Program-made: the position numbers and the translations under genes
The notes under the pieces: generated by a model
What the model saw: only the letters and a program-made list of their open reading frames with translations
Database searches by the model: none
Told to the model about the DNA's origin: nothing
Source: Alphaproteobacteria bacterium
GTDB lineage: Bacteria > Pseudomonadota > Alphaproteobacteria > VGEJ01
DNA: 64,000 nucleotides
Direction: 5' to 3'
NCBI GenBank assembly: GCA_965219135.1
Contig: CBDCMV010000003.1
Span: 640,616 to 704,615, forward strand
Shown: positions 20,386 through 29,366 of the stretch, one piece after another
How positions within the stretch are numbered: position 1 is the stretch's first letter
Layout: each line of letters begins with the position of its first letter

Positions 20386-21081
20386 TTAGCGGCGCAAGCG
20401 GCTGCCAACGATCGTCGCTAGCACCGCCCAGAAATGGCGCGCCCGAATTTTCTTCCCTTCGCCGTAGGTGCGGCCGTTGTAGCTTACCGGCACCTCGAAG
20501 AACAAAGCGCCCCGGGCGACCACGCGGCACAGGATTTCGGCGTGCTGCTCCCAGCCGGTCGAGCGAAGCGCGCGGGGCTCAACCAGCTCGCGCCGATACA
20601 GAAGGTAGCAACTGTACACATCGGTAAAGGCGGTGTTGTAGAGGACATTGAAAAGCAGGGTCAGGAGTTGATTGGCTCTTTTGTGCCAGAAATAGTGAAC
20701 CCGCGTAAAGTTCGGCGCCAACATGCGGCTGCCGACCACAACGTCGGCCTCGAAGCGGAGCACCGGCATCAGCATCTTGGCGTAATCGTTGGGATCGTAT
20801 TCGAGATCGGCGTCCTGGAACAGAACGTACTCGCCGCTCGCGCGCTCGAGTCCGGCTTTCACCGCCGCCCCCTTGCCGCGGTTCGATGGTAGGCGGATGA
20901 GCGTGCGGTAGAGCGAGTCGTTTTCCTCCAGCAGCGCGCCGGTAGCGTCGGTCGAGCCGTCGTCGGTGACGACCACCTCCATCTCGACACCATCGATACG
21001 CTGGGCGTTGACGCTTTCCAGCACGGGCACGATCGTGGCTTCTTCGTTATGGGCGGGAATGATGACGCTGAGTTTGGGCAT
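20386..21081 (-). CDS. family 2 glycosyltransferase (DPM/DPG-synthase-like)
   Basis: KLSVIIPAHNEE...TDDGSTD...FQDADLEYDP GT-A fold motifs including the DAD motif. Confidence 0.8.
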   Translation of the reverse strand: MPKLSVIIPAHNEEATIVPVLESVNAQRIDGVEMEVVVTDDGSTDATGALLEENDSLYRTLIRLPSNRGKGAAVKAGLERASGEYVLFQDADLEYDPNDYAKMLMPVLRFEADVVVGSRMLAPNFTRVHYFWHKRANQLLTLLFNVLYNTAFTDVYSCYLLYRRELVEPRALRSTGWEQHAEILCRVVARGALFFEVPVSYNGRTYGEGKKIRARHFWAVLATIVGSRLRR

Positions 21082-21156
21082 CGTGCCGGGGCGGGGCCGC
21101 AAGATGCGGAAGGATCAACCGATGGGGGCGGGGTATACCACGCGCCCGGCCCGCGG

Positions 21157-21530
21157 TCACAAGGTCGGCGGCCGCGCGCCGGTGGCGAACAACGACAATC
21201 CGATACCCGCGCGGGCAACGATATCGAGCCTACGCAGCACCGGGACCATCCCGTCGAAAGCGCTGATTTGTGCCGCCGGCGGCCCCGGGCGCCTGAGGAG
21301 CTTGGCGTTTAGCCACCGCCCGAGTGTTCCGAAAGTGTTGAAGCGCCACAAATCGACGTCGGTGAAGCCCGCCTCTCTAAGGGCGCGGTCGAAACCGCGC
21401 CACGAGTAGCGGCGATGGTGGCCGACCGCGCAATCGGCGGCGCCGTAGAGGGGGGCATGGCCGGTACTTTGACCACCAGCTTGCCACCGGGAACCAGCGC
21501 CTCGCGCAACTGCCGCAAGCTGTCGATAAC
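21157..21530 (-). pseudogene. C-terminal fragment of a class I SAM-dependent methyltransferase, cut by IS copy 3 and frameshifted at a C6 tract
   Basis: Two frames together give ...LRQLREALVPGGKLVVKVPAM / PLYGAADCAVGHHRRYSWRGFDRALREAGFTDVDLWRFNTFG. The frame change is at ATGCCCCCCTCTAC (~21455..21465). The N-terminal half is absent on the other side of the IS. Confidence 0.6.
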
Positions 21531-22867
21531 AAACTGAGTTGACCGCTTTATGTACCATATGAATTGACCGCTTCTGTTGTGGTGGTTTGGCTCGGCCGCG
21601 TCGAAGCGGGTCACGCGGCCTGGAGCCTGTCGTCGTCGATGGTTTCGCCGTCGGCGCGGTAGCGCGCCAGACACCTGGGTCCGTGGAAGACGGCCAGGTG
21701 GCCGTCGGGATATTCGTGCACCCGGACCTGCGCCTTGACGTAGTGGTGGCGGTGGCGATCGGCCGGGATCTGCAGCGTGCGGTTCTTGTAGCGCACGGTG
21801 TTGTCGCCCGCGACGACGCGGTCCTCCTGGGCGCAGAGGATGTCCTCGAGCGTGCCGGCAAAAGCCACGAAGGCCGAGCCGGTGTCCGCGGCCGGGCGGG
21901 CGAAGCGGGCGTTGTGCGCCGGCCAGAAGAGCTCCTCGAGAAAGCGATTGGCCTCGGCCATGGTGGCGATCCCGGCGAGGCGCAGCTCCTGGGGCAGGCG
22001 CTTCTGCAAGGTCCCGAACATGCGCTCCGAGCGGCCCCGGGCCTGCGGCGAATAGGCCGCGATCAACTCGATGCCGAGCTGCGCCAAGGCCCGGCCGACC
22101 TGGGTCGGGTTGTCCTTGTCCACACCGCCGCCTGCCTCGGGCGTGTGCCAGTAGTGCGAGGCCCGATCGGCGTAGAGCGAGCAGAACAGCCCGTTTTCGG
22201 CGATCACCTCGCCGAGCCCGCGGAACGTGCTCATCGTGCCCTCCTCGGCAACGAAGAAGCCCGAATAGACCTCCGATGTCGCATCGTCCATGGTCACGAT
22301 CAGATCCCACCACTGGCCCGCAACCCACTCGTGGCTCGAGCCGTCCTGGTGCAGCATCATCCCTACCACCGGTCGGCGCGGCCGCTTCCGGCGGTGCGCC
22401 CCGCGCCTGGGCGCCGGCTTGATCTTGCCGTGCGCCTGCAAGCTCAGGCGAAGCCAGTTGTAGCTCAGCCCGAAGCCATGCTCGCAGACCAGCTTCTCGT
22501 GGAAGTGCTTGGCCGTGAAGTCCGGGTAGCGCGTCTCGAACAGCTCCAGCACCCGCATCACCTCGTCCACCGGCGCGCAGCGCGCCGAGACCCGCCCAAG
22601 GCGCCGGTCGTACAAACCCTCGGCACCCTCGGCCTCATAGCGCTCCCGCCAGCGCCAGAACGTCCGCTCCGACATGCCCAGGATCTCCGAGGCCTCGGCC
22701 TGGCTCAAATCACCCCGATAACAACGTCCGTAGACATCCTCGAACTTCATCAATCTCAGTCCCTGCAACTGCTCCGTCCGGCGCATCCGATTCCTCCAGA
22801 TTTGGAGGAAATCTAAAACCGGACAGATCATCTGTTACATAGACCGGTCATATGTGTGTTAGCGACA
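21531..22867 (-). mobile_element. IS copy 3 (complete), inverted relative to copy 2
   Basis: Same terminal repeats as copy 2 (TGTCGATAAC... at 21531, ...GTTAGCGACA at 22867). Essentially identical to copy 2, with one amino-acid difference in the transposase. Confidence 0.85.
21611..22831 (-). CDS. rve DDE transposase (ISNCY/IS481-like), copy 3
   Basis: 406 aa, identical to the copy 2 product except R->W in the ...RTFWRWRERY segment. Confidence 0.85.
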   Translation of the reverse strand: MICPVLDFLQIWRNRMRRTEQLQGLRLMKFEDVYGRCYRGDLSQAEASEILGMSERTFWRWRERYEAEGAEGLYDRRLGRVSARCAPVDEVMRVLELFETRYPDFTAKHFHEKLVCEHGFGLSYNWLRLSLQAHGKIKPAPRRGAHRRKRPRRPVVGMMLHQDGSSHEWVAGQWWDLIVTMDDATSEVYSGFFVAEEGTMSTFRGLGEVIAENGLFCSLYADRASHYWHTPEAGGGVDKDNPTQVGRALAQLGIELIAAYSPQARGRSERMFGTLQKRLPQELRLAGIATMAEANRFLEELFWPAHNARFARPAADTGSAFVAFAGTLEDILCAQEDRVVAGDNTVRYKNRTLQIPADRHRHHYVKAQVRVHEYPDGHLAVFHGPRCLARYRADGETIDDDRLQAA

Positions 22868-22884
22868 GCTGAGACCTCGCCGCC

Positions 22885-22976
22885 TTGACATTTACCGTCG
22901 CAGGGGCGGTAATGATGTCGGTTCAGTACCTTTAAGTGATCGCCACAAGTGATCGCCGGGCGTTTGTGATCCGGCC
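22885..22976 (+). promoter_or_regulatory. candidate promoter (TTGACA at 22885..22890) followed by three GTGATC(G/C)GCC direct repeats upstream of the ABC substrate-binding gene
   Basis: AGTGATCGCC at 22935..22944 and 22948..22957, TGTGATCCGGCC at 22965..22976. All within 80 bp upstream of the 23015 start. Confidence 0.35.
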
Positions 22977-23014
22977 CGGTGAAACAACCATAAGCCACTG
23001 GGAGGGTCCTTCGC

Positions 23015-24421
23015 ATGACATCCGATAGATTCACGACGTTTGGGCGCCGCGGAATGACGCGACGCCGGGCTTTGAAGACCGGCAGCGCTGGCTTAGCCGG
23101 CGTGGTCGCCGCAAACGGTATCGGCGCCCTGTGGGCGCGTCAGGCGCTCGCGGCTGAGGCGCTTACGTATGCGTTCTGGCCGTGGGGTCAGGAGATCGTC
23201 GAGGAGAACGCCCGTAAGTTCGAGGCGACCTTCAACGAGTCACTCAACCTCGAGCCGATCCCTGGTGACTACCTGGCGACGCTTGAGACCAAGCTCGCCG
23301 GGGGAGCGCCGATCGACATGTTCCGCGCCCAACGCGGACAGGCCTCGCGCTGGCATGCCGCGGGCTGGATCCAACCGCTCAACGGCCTTCCGGACCTCGA
23401 CAAGATCAAGTCCGAGATGTTCCCCAACATCGTCGAAAGCTCGATACAGCCAAACGGCGATTTTCTCGGCCTGACCTATTACGACGGCGGGCCGTTCGTC
23501 ATGTTCCGAAACGAGAAGGTGCTGACGGCGGCGGGCTTCGAGCCGACGGGCAACCCGAGCGACTATCCCTCGACCTGGGAGGAGATCACCAAACAGGCTC
23601 GAGTGATCAAGAAGAAGGGGATCGTCGAACATCCCATCCTCGTGGAATGGAACACCGAGTGGGTGGGGCTTCCCTGGGGACTGCTGAACCACGCGGGCTC
23701 GGAGGGTGAGGGCTTCGTCAATGACAACCTTGAAGGAACCTTCGGTCCCGACACGCCGATCCTCAAGGTGCTGTCGCAGTGGAAAGAGTGGTGGGACGAG
23801 GACTTGGTTCCGCATGCACTGCTGTCGATGACGGAATCGGACATCACCCAGTCGTATATGAAGGGCGAGCACGCCTTCTATCCAATGCTCAGCCTCTATA
23901 GTTTCCTGTTCAACGACCCCGACGCCAGCGCCATCGCCGGCCACAACAGCCAGAACCCATTAATGCCTGGGGCCACCAACGACACGACGCTCGTCGGGCA
24001 CGCGCTTCGTTCCATCAGAACGCGCGACCGCTCGGACGAGGAACTCGAGCGGGTGTGGAACCTGATGAAGTTCTATGGCTGGCGTGACGAAAAGGGCGAG
24101 CTGTTCGTCGCCAAGAAGTGGGCGCTGATGGCCAATCTCGAAGCGGCGTTCCCCGAGGTCTACGACGATCCCGAGGTCAAAGCGAAGATTTTGGGCTGGA
24201 TGTACCCGCCCTTCGCCGAGCAGGAGTACAAGTGGGTGTTCGATGCCCGCGCCCGGGCCAGGACGCCGCTCATTCTCAAGGCGGCTTGGTACGAGGAGTG
24301 GGACAAGGTCATGCATGACATGATCTCCCAGGAGATGCTGATCGACGCCTCGAAGACGCCGAAAGAGGTAGTGGTCGAGCTCCGGCAGCTGTGGGACGAC
24401 CTGCACGCCAAGTACACCTGA
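23015..24421 (+). CDS. ABC transporter substrate-binding protein (family 1, sugar-type) with Tat signal
   Basis: RRRALKTGSAGLAG twin-arginine motif. SBP_bac_1-like length and composition. Followed by MalK/MalF/MalG-type genes. Confidence 0.8.
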   Translation: MTSDRFTTFGRRGMTRRRALKTGSAGLAGVVAANGIGALWARQALAAEALTYAFWPWGQEIVEENARKFEATFNESLNLEPIPGDYLATLETKLAGGAPIDMFRAQRGQASRWHAAGWIQPLNGLPDLDKIKSEMFPNIVESSIQPNGDFLGLTYYDGGPFVMFRNEKVLTAAGFEPTGNPSDYPSTWEEITKQARVIKKKGIVEHPILVEWNTEWVGLPWGLLNHAGSEGEGFVNDNLEGTFGPDTPILKVLSQWKEWWDEDLVPHALLSMTESDITQSYMKGEHAFYPMLSLYSFLFNDPDASAIAGHNSQNPLMPGATNDTTLVGHALRSIRTRDRSDEELERVWNLMKFYGWRDEKGELFVAKKWALMANLEAAFPEVYDDPEVKAKILGWMYPPFAEQEYKWVFDARARARTPLILKAAWYEEWDKVMHDMISQEMLIDASKTPKEVVVELRQLWDDLHAKYT

Positions 24422-24458
24422 TCGCGTTGACCGCGCGTACACCGCGCGGTCGTTCGAC

Positions 24459-25562
24459 ATGTCGACGGTCACCGTAGAGAACGTCACTAAGACGTTCGGA
24501 GACACGGTAGCCGTCGACGACTTTTTCCTCGAAGTGGCGGACCGCGAGTTCGTGGTCCTGCTTGGCCCCTCGGGCTGCGGCAAGACGACCACGCTCAACA
24601 TGATCGCGGGGCTCGACACGCCGAGCGCCGGCGCTATCCACATCGGGGGTCAGCGTGTCGACCACTTGCCGGCCGACCGACGCGATATCTCGATGGTGTT
24701 CCAGTCGATCGCCCTTTACCCACACATGAGCGCCTACAGAAACATCGCCTTCCCGCTAAAGATGGCAAAGAAACCGAAGCCCGAGATCGACGAGCGGGTA
24801 AGGGCCGCCGCCGCTCTCTTGCGCATCGAGCCGCTCCTCGACCGCAAGCCCTACCAGCTCTCTGGCGGGGAACGCCAGCGGGTCGCCCTCGGCCGTGCCG
24901 TGGTGCGCGATCCCAGCGTGTTCCTCTTCGATGAGCCGTTGTCGAGCCTCGACGCCAAGCTGCGGGTCGAGATGCGGGTCGAGATCAAGACCCTGCACCA
25001 GCGGCTTGGCGCCACGTTCGTTTACGTGACGCACGATCAGGTCGAAGCCATGACCATGGCCGACCGGATCGCGGTGATGGATGGGGGTCGGCTGCTGCAG
25101 GTCGGCCGCCCGACCGAGATCTACGAGCGTCCCGTGAACCTAATGGTCGCGGGCTTTGTCGGCAGCCCGCCGATGAACTTCGTTACTGGCGAGGTACGCC
25201 AGGCAGGGAACGCGTTCCGCTTCGAATCCGAGAGCTTCGCGCTGGCACTGCCAGCGACGGCGGAGGCCGCCGTCCGCACGCTCGACGCGCGTGCGGTGAC
25301 GCTCGGGGTTCGCCCTGAGCGCATCGGAATCGATGGTGCCGACGGCACCGTCGAGGGCTGGATTTTCGCCACCGAGCCGGTGGGCTCCGATCTCTTTCTC
25401 GATGTCGCTTTCGGCGACGCTGAGCAGGCGGACCCGATCCTGATGAAGGTCCGCACCCTGCCCGAGGCGGCAATCAAAGTTCGCGACCCCGTGCGGCTGT
25501 CGCTACCCTCGCAGCATCTGTTCCTGTTCGACGAATCGGGCCGCCGCGTCCATCCGGTCTAA
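24459..25562 (+). CDS. ABC transporter ATP-binding protein (MalK/UgpC-like)
   Basis: Walker A GPSGCGKTT, LSGGERQRVALGRA signature, C-terminal TOBE-like domain. Confidence 0.9.
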   Translation: MSTVTVENVTKTFGDTVAVDDFFLEVADREFVVLLGPSGCGKTTTLNMIAGLDTPSAGAIHIGGQRVDHLPADRRDISMVFQSIALYPHMSAYRNIAFPLKMAKKPKPEIDERVRAAAALLRIEPLLDRKPYQLSGGERQRVALGRAVVRDPSVFLFDEPLSSLDAKLRVEMRVEIKTLHQRLGATFVYVTHDQVEAMTMADRIAVMDGGRLLQVGRPTEIYERPVNLMVAGFVGSPPMNFVTGEVRQAGNAFRFESESFALALPATAEAAVRTLDARAVTLGVRPERIGIDGADGTVEGWIFATEPVGSDLFLDVAFGDAEQADPILMKVRTLPEAAIKVRDPVRLSLPSQHLFLFDESGRRVHPV

Positions 25563-25571
25563 TCCAACGCA

Positions 25572-26528
25572 ATGACAGCCCACGTAGGAGCGATTCCGCC
25601 GGTGTCCGCTGCGCGCGGTCGAAACCTGAGCGACGTCCAGTTCGCCTTGATCATCGTCGGCGGGGTTATTGCATTCCACGCCATCGTTGTCCTCATGCCG
25701 CTCGTCTACTCCCTGTGGCTCAGCTTTCACGAGACCAACGTCATCCTGCGCAAGATGGAGTTCATCGGCGGCGCCAATTACGCGGATCTTGTCGCCAGAC
25801 CCGAGATCGCTCGGGCCCTGGTCACGACGCTGGTCTTCACCGGCGTCGCCGTCGTCCTCTCGCTCGTCCTCGGCCTTCTGATCGCGCTCGTCTTGAATGA
25901 AGCGTTCCGTGGCCGCGGGCTGTTGCGCGGGCTCGTCTTGTTGCCCTGGGCGATCTCGGAGGTGGTCACGGCTTCGATCTTCAGATTCCTGGTGAATCCC
26001 TCGTTCGGCGTCTTGAGCGGCGTCTTCGAACCGTTCGGGTTGGCCACCAGCAGCACCAATTGGATGTCCCAGGACTTCGCGATCTATTGGGTGGCGCTGG
26101 CCTTCGTTTGGCACATGACGCCGCTGGGTGCCTTCTTCTTCCTTGCCGCCCTTCAGACCGTGCCCCGCGATCTCTATAACGCTGCGCGAATCGACCGCGC
26201 CGGCGCCGTCGCCCGATTCCGGCATATCACTCTGCCGCACATAAAGTATGCGGTGCTGATCGTGCTGGTGGTGGTGACGGTCGAGGCGTTCCGCCAATTC
26301 GATCTGATCTTCTCGTTCACCCAAGGCGGGCCGGGGACCTCAACTCAGATCCTCTCGCTCCTGATCTACCGCTACAACTTCCAGATCTCGCAGTACGGGC
26401 TGGCCTCGGCGGCGAGCTACATTCTCGTCATCATCACGATCGTCTTAGCGACTGCCTATTTCGTGATGCTGACCTACCAGAAGCAATCGACCCGAGTGGC
26501 CGCAGTCAAAGCGGCAGGCCGCCGATGA
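25572..26528 (+). CDS. ABC transporter permease (MalF/UgpA-like)
   Basis: Six transmembrane segments, EAA-like loop region, binding-protein-dependent transport system inner-membrane component. Confidence 0.85.
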   Translation: MTAHVGAIPPVSAARGRNLSDVQFALIIVGGVIAFHAIVVLMPLVYSLWLSFHETNVILRKMEFIGGANYADLVARPEIARALVTTLVFTGVAVVLSLVLGLLIALVLNEAFRGRGLLRGLVLLPWAISEVVTASIFRFLVNPSFGVLSGVFEPFGLATSSTNWMSQDFAIYWVALAFVWHMTPLGAFFFLAALQTVPRDLYNAARIDRAGAVARFRHITLPHIKYAVLIVLVVVTVEAFRQFDLIFSFTQGGPGTSTQILSLLIYRYNFQISQYGLASAASYILVIITIVLATAYFVMLTYQKQSTRVAAVKAAGRR

Positions 26529-27403
26529 GAGTGCCGGAGCAGAGGCGATTTCTTCTGTGGATCGGCATCGCCGGGATTTTGGTGTGGACGCTGCTGCCCT
26601 TCGCCTGGACCTTCTGGGCCTCGCTGATGCCCGAGCGCGAGCTCATCGAGGGGATCGTACAGCCGATCGATTCGCCGAGCCTCACCAGCTATGGGGCGGT
26701 CATGGGCATCTCTGAGACCGACGCCGGCTACTCGGGACAGGCCTCCAGGGTACCCTTGAGCTTTGCCAACAGCGCCATTGTCTCGGTGCCCGTCGCCGTG
26801 ATCGGGACCGCCGTCGCGGTGTTGGCCGGATACGCTTTCGGGCGCTTTCGCTTCCCCGCCAAGACGACGTTCCTGTTCGGCCTGTTGATGACCCGCATGC
26901 TGCCGCCGGTGGCAATCCTGATTCCCTACTTCGCGCTCTTCGCGGCGGTGGGCCTGGTCGGCAGCCCACTCGGCTTGATCGTCATCTATCTCACCGGCGT
27001 TGTGCCCCTGTTGACGTGGTTGCTGATGGGATACTTCGCGACCCTGCCCCTTGAGGTCGAGCGCGCCGCACGAATCGACGGATGCAGCAGGCTCGGGGTT
27101 CTGTGGTACGTCATGATTCCGATGGCGCTACCAGGGATTACCGCCGCCTTCATCATCGCGTTCCTGTTCGCGTGGAACGAGCTCTTGTTTGCGATCGTCC
27201 TTACCGCCGGAACCCCGGCCCAAACGCTGTCGCCGACGATCATCGGGTTCCTGCCCATCGCCGGCGCGCTCAATCCTCGCAATTCGATGTTCGCGGCAGT
27301 CAGCATGATCTCGGTGGTGCCACCGCTGGTCCTGGCGGCGATCTTCCAGCGCTACATCACCGGGCTCAATATCGTCGATCCCGTGACCGTCGGCCACGAC
27401 TGA
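26525..27403 (+). CDS. ABC transporter permease (MalG/UgpE-like), paralog 1
   Basis: 292 aa with the EAA motif region (VERAARIDGCSRLGVLWYVMIPMA). ATGA overlap with the preceding permease gene. Confidence 0.85.
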   Translation: MRVPEQRRFLLWIGIAGILVWTLLPFAWTFWASLMPERELIEGIVQPIDSPSLTSYGAVMGISETDAGYSGQASRVPLSFANSAIVSVPVAVIGTAVAVLAGYAFGRFRFPAKTTFLFGLLMTRMLPPVAILIPYFALFAAVGLVGSPLGLIVIYLTGVVPLLTWLLMGYFATLPLEVERAARIDGCSRLGVLWYVMIPMALPGITAAFIIAFLFAWNELLFAIVLTAGTPAQTLSPTIIGFLPIAGALNPRNSMFAAVSMISVVPPLVLAAIFQRYITGLNIVDPVTVGHD

Positions 27404-27419
27404 ATCGGTTGGGCGGGGA

Positions 27420-28298
27420 ATGCGGCCGACGTCGCGACAACGAACGCTGCTCCGGCTGGGAATTGCCGGCATTCTGGTGTGGACGGTGGTGCCTTTCGTC
27501 TGGACCTTCTGGGCGTCGCTGATGTCCGAACGCCAGATCGTCGAGGGTCTGGTACAGGCGATCGATTCCCCTAGCCTGGTGAGCTACGAGGCGGTGCTGG
27601 GAATCTCCGAGGCGGGCGCCGCATACGCGGGACAGGCCTCCCGAGTGGGCCTCGGTTTCGCCAACAGTGCGATCGTCTCGATACCGGTGGCGATCATCGC
27701 GACCGCGATCGCGGTGTTGGCCGGATACGCCTTCGGGCGCTTCCGCTTTCCCGCCAAGACGGCGCTGCTGTTTGCCCTATTGATGACCCGCATGCTGCCG
27801 CCGGTGGCCATTCTCATCCCCTACTTCTTGCTATTCGCCGCGGTGGGCTTGGTAGGCAATCCGATCGGGCTGATCATCATCTACCTTACCGGCGTGGTGC
27901 CCCTCTTGACGTGGCTCTTGATGGGCTATTTCGCGAACCTGCCGGTCGAGGTCGAGCGCGCGGCGCGGATCGACGGCTGCAGCCGGCTCGGCGTCCTGTG
28001 GTACGTAATGATCCCGATGGCGGCGCCTGGAATCACCGCCGCCTTCATCATCGCCTTCCTGTTCGCGTGGAACGAGCTGTTGTTCGCAATCGTCTTGACT
28101 GGCGGCACCATCGCCCAGACGCTCTCGCCGGCCATCATCGGATTGTCGCCGACCACCGGCGGCTTTACCCCCGGCTACCCGATGTTCGCCGCGGCCAGCA
28201 TGATCTCCGTGGTGCCGCCCCTGATTCTGGCCGCGATCTTCCAGCGCTACATCACCGGACTCAACATCGTCGATCCGGTGACCGTCGGCCAGGACTAG
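27420..28298 (+). CDS. ABC transporter permease (MalG/UgpE-like), paralog 2 (tandem duplicate)
   Basis: 292 aa, ~85% identical to the preceding permease over full length. Nucleotide divergence is mostly synonymous. Confidence 0.85.
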   Translation: MRPTSRQRTLLRLGIAGILVWTVVPFVWTFWASLMSERQIVEGLVQAIDSPSLVSYEAVLGISEAGAAYAGQASRVGLGFANSAIVSIPVAIIATAIAVLAGYAFGRFRFPAKTALLFALLMTRMLPPVAILIPYFLLFAAVGLVGNPIGLIIIYLTGVVPLLTWLLMGYFANLPVEVERAARIDGCSRLGVLWYVMIPMAAPGITAAFIIAFLFAWNELLFAIVLTGGTIAQTLSPAIIGLSPTTGGFTPGYPMFAAASMISVVPPLILAAIFQRYITGLNIVDPVTVGQD

Positions 28299-28304
28299 CG
28301 ACCG

Positions 28305-29366
28305 ATGCGCTGGGACCGCACCATCACCGTGATCGGCACCCACGCCGGCGGCGACATCGCCAACGTGGTGACCGGCGGGGTCTTCGACGTGCCCGGCGAG
28401 ACAATGTTCGACAAGCGGCGCTACCTCCAGCGTCACGCCGACGGCCTGCGCAAGTTCCTGACGCTCGAGCCGCGGGGATCGGTGGTCACCTGCGCCGACC
28501 TCCTATTGCCTTCGAACAACCCCAAGGCGGACCTCGGCTACATTGTCATGGAGCCGACCGAGTACCCGCCGCTCGCCGGATCGAGCACCATCGCCGTCGC
28601 CACCGTGATCCTCGAAACCGGGATTCTTCCAATGAAAGAGCCTGTGACCGAGTTCGTGCTGGAGGCTCCGGCCGGGCTGGTTGAGGTCCGGTGCGCGTGC
28701 CGCAACGGCAAGGTCACCGAGGTCAGGTTCCGCAACGTGCCGGCGTTCGTGCTCTTTCTCGATGCCATGCTCGAGGTCTCGAGCGTGGGTACGGTGCGAG
28801 CCGACATCGCCTATGGCGGCATGACATACGCGTTGGTTCGGGCAAAGGACCTTGGTTTCGAGATCGTCCCCGACGAGGCCCGCGACATCTGTGTCCTCGG
28901 TGAGCGGATCAAGGCGGCCGCGACCGAGCAGCTCGAATGCGTGCATCCCGAGAACCCCGAGATTCGCGGCGTGACGGTGACTGAATTCACCGGTCCCGTA
29001 CGCCGTCGCGGAAAGCGGCTTCGTTCCCGCAACACCGTGGTGTGCGCGCCGGGACGAATCGACCGCTCGCCGTGTGGTTCCGGCACCTCGGCGCGGCTTG
29101 CTGTCATGCACGCCAAGGGTGAGATCGCGGTCGGTGAGGTTTTGGACCACGAATCGATCATCGGCACGCACTTCATCGGCGAAGTCGTTGCCGCCGTGCG
29201 GCGCAGGCGCAAACCCGCGCTCATCACCACCGTCGCCGGCCGCGCATGGATTACCGCCGTGATGCAGTACGGGCTCGATCCCGACGATCCCTTCCCCGAG
29301 GGCCACACCTTGCCGGACACCTGGCCGGGCGCCGCCCAGCGCCGCGTCGCCACCGTAACGCCGTGA
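28305..29366 (+). CDS. proline racemase / 4-hydroxyproline epimerase family protein with non-canonical first catalytic position
   Basis: DRSPCGSGTSA second-Cys motif is present. The position aligned to the first catalytic Cys (MCGH region) reads LAGSSTIA. N-terminus ITVIGTHAGGD resembles the family IDxHTxGEP motif. Confidence 0.65.
   Translation: MRWDRTITVIGTHAGGDIANVVTGGVFDVPGETMFDKRRYLQRHADGLRKFLTLEPRGSVVTCADLLLPSNNPKADLGYIVMEPTEYPPLAGSSTIAVATVILETGILPMKEPVTEFVLEAPAGLVEVRCACRNGKVTEVRFRNVPAFVLFLDAMLEVSSVGTVRADIAYGGMTYALVRAKDLGFEIVPDEARDICVLGERIKAAATEQLECVHPENPEIRGVTVTEFTGPVRRRGKRLRSRNTVVCAPGRIDRSPCGSGTSARLAVMHAKGEIAVGEVLDHESIIGTHFIGEVVAAVRRRRKPALITTVAGRAWITAVMQYGLDPDDPFPEGHTLPDTWPGAAQRRVATVTP

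Noticed and set aside
16150-22880. Target-site duplications flanking the three ISNCY/IS481-like copies, or flanks interchanged between copies 2 and 3
   Set aside because: Flanking bases (..GGGTTC | ..TCTTCG; ..GCAAGC | GCTGAG..) show no direct repeats in either the current or the inverted configuration. Reported as absent, not as evidence.
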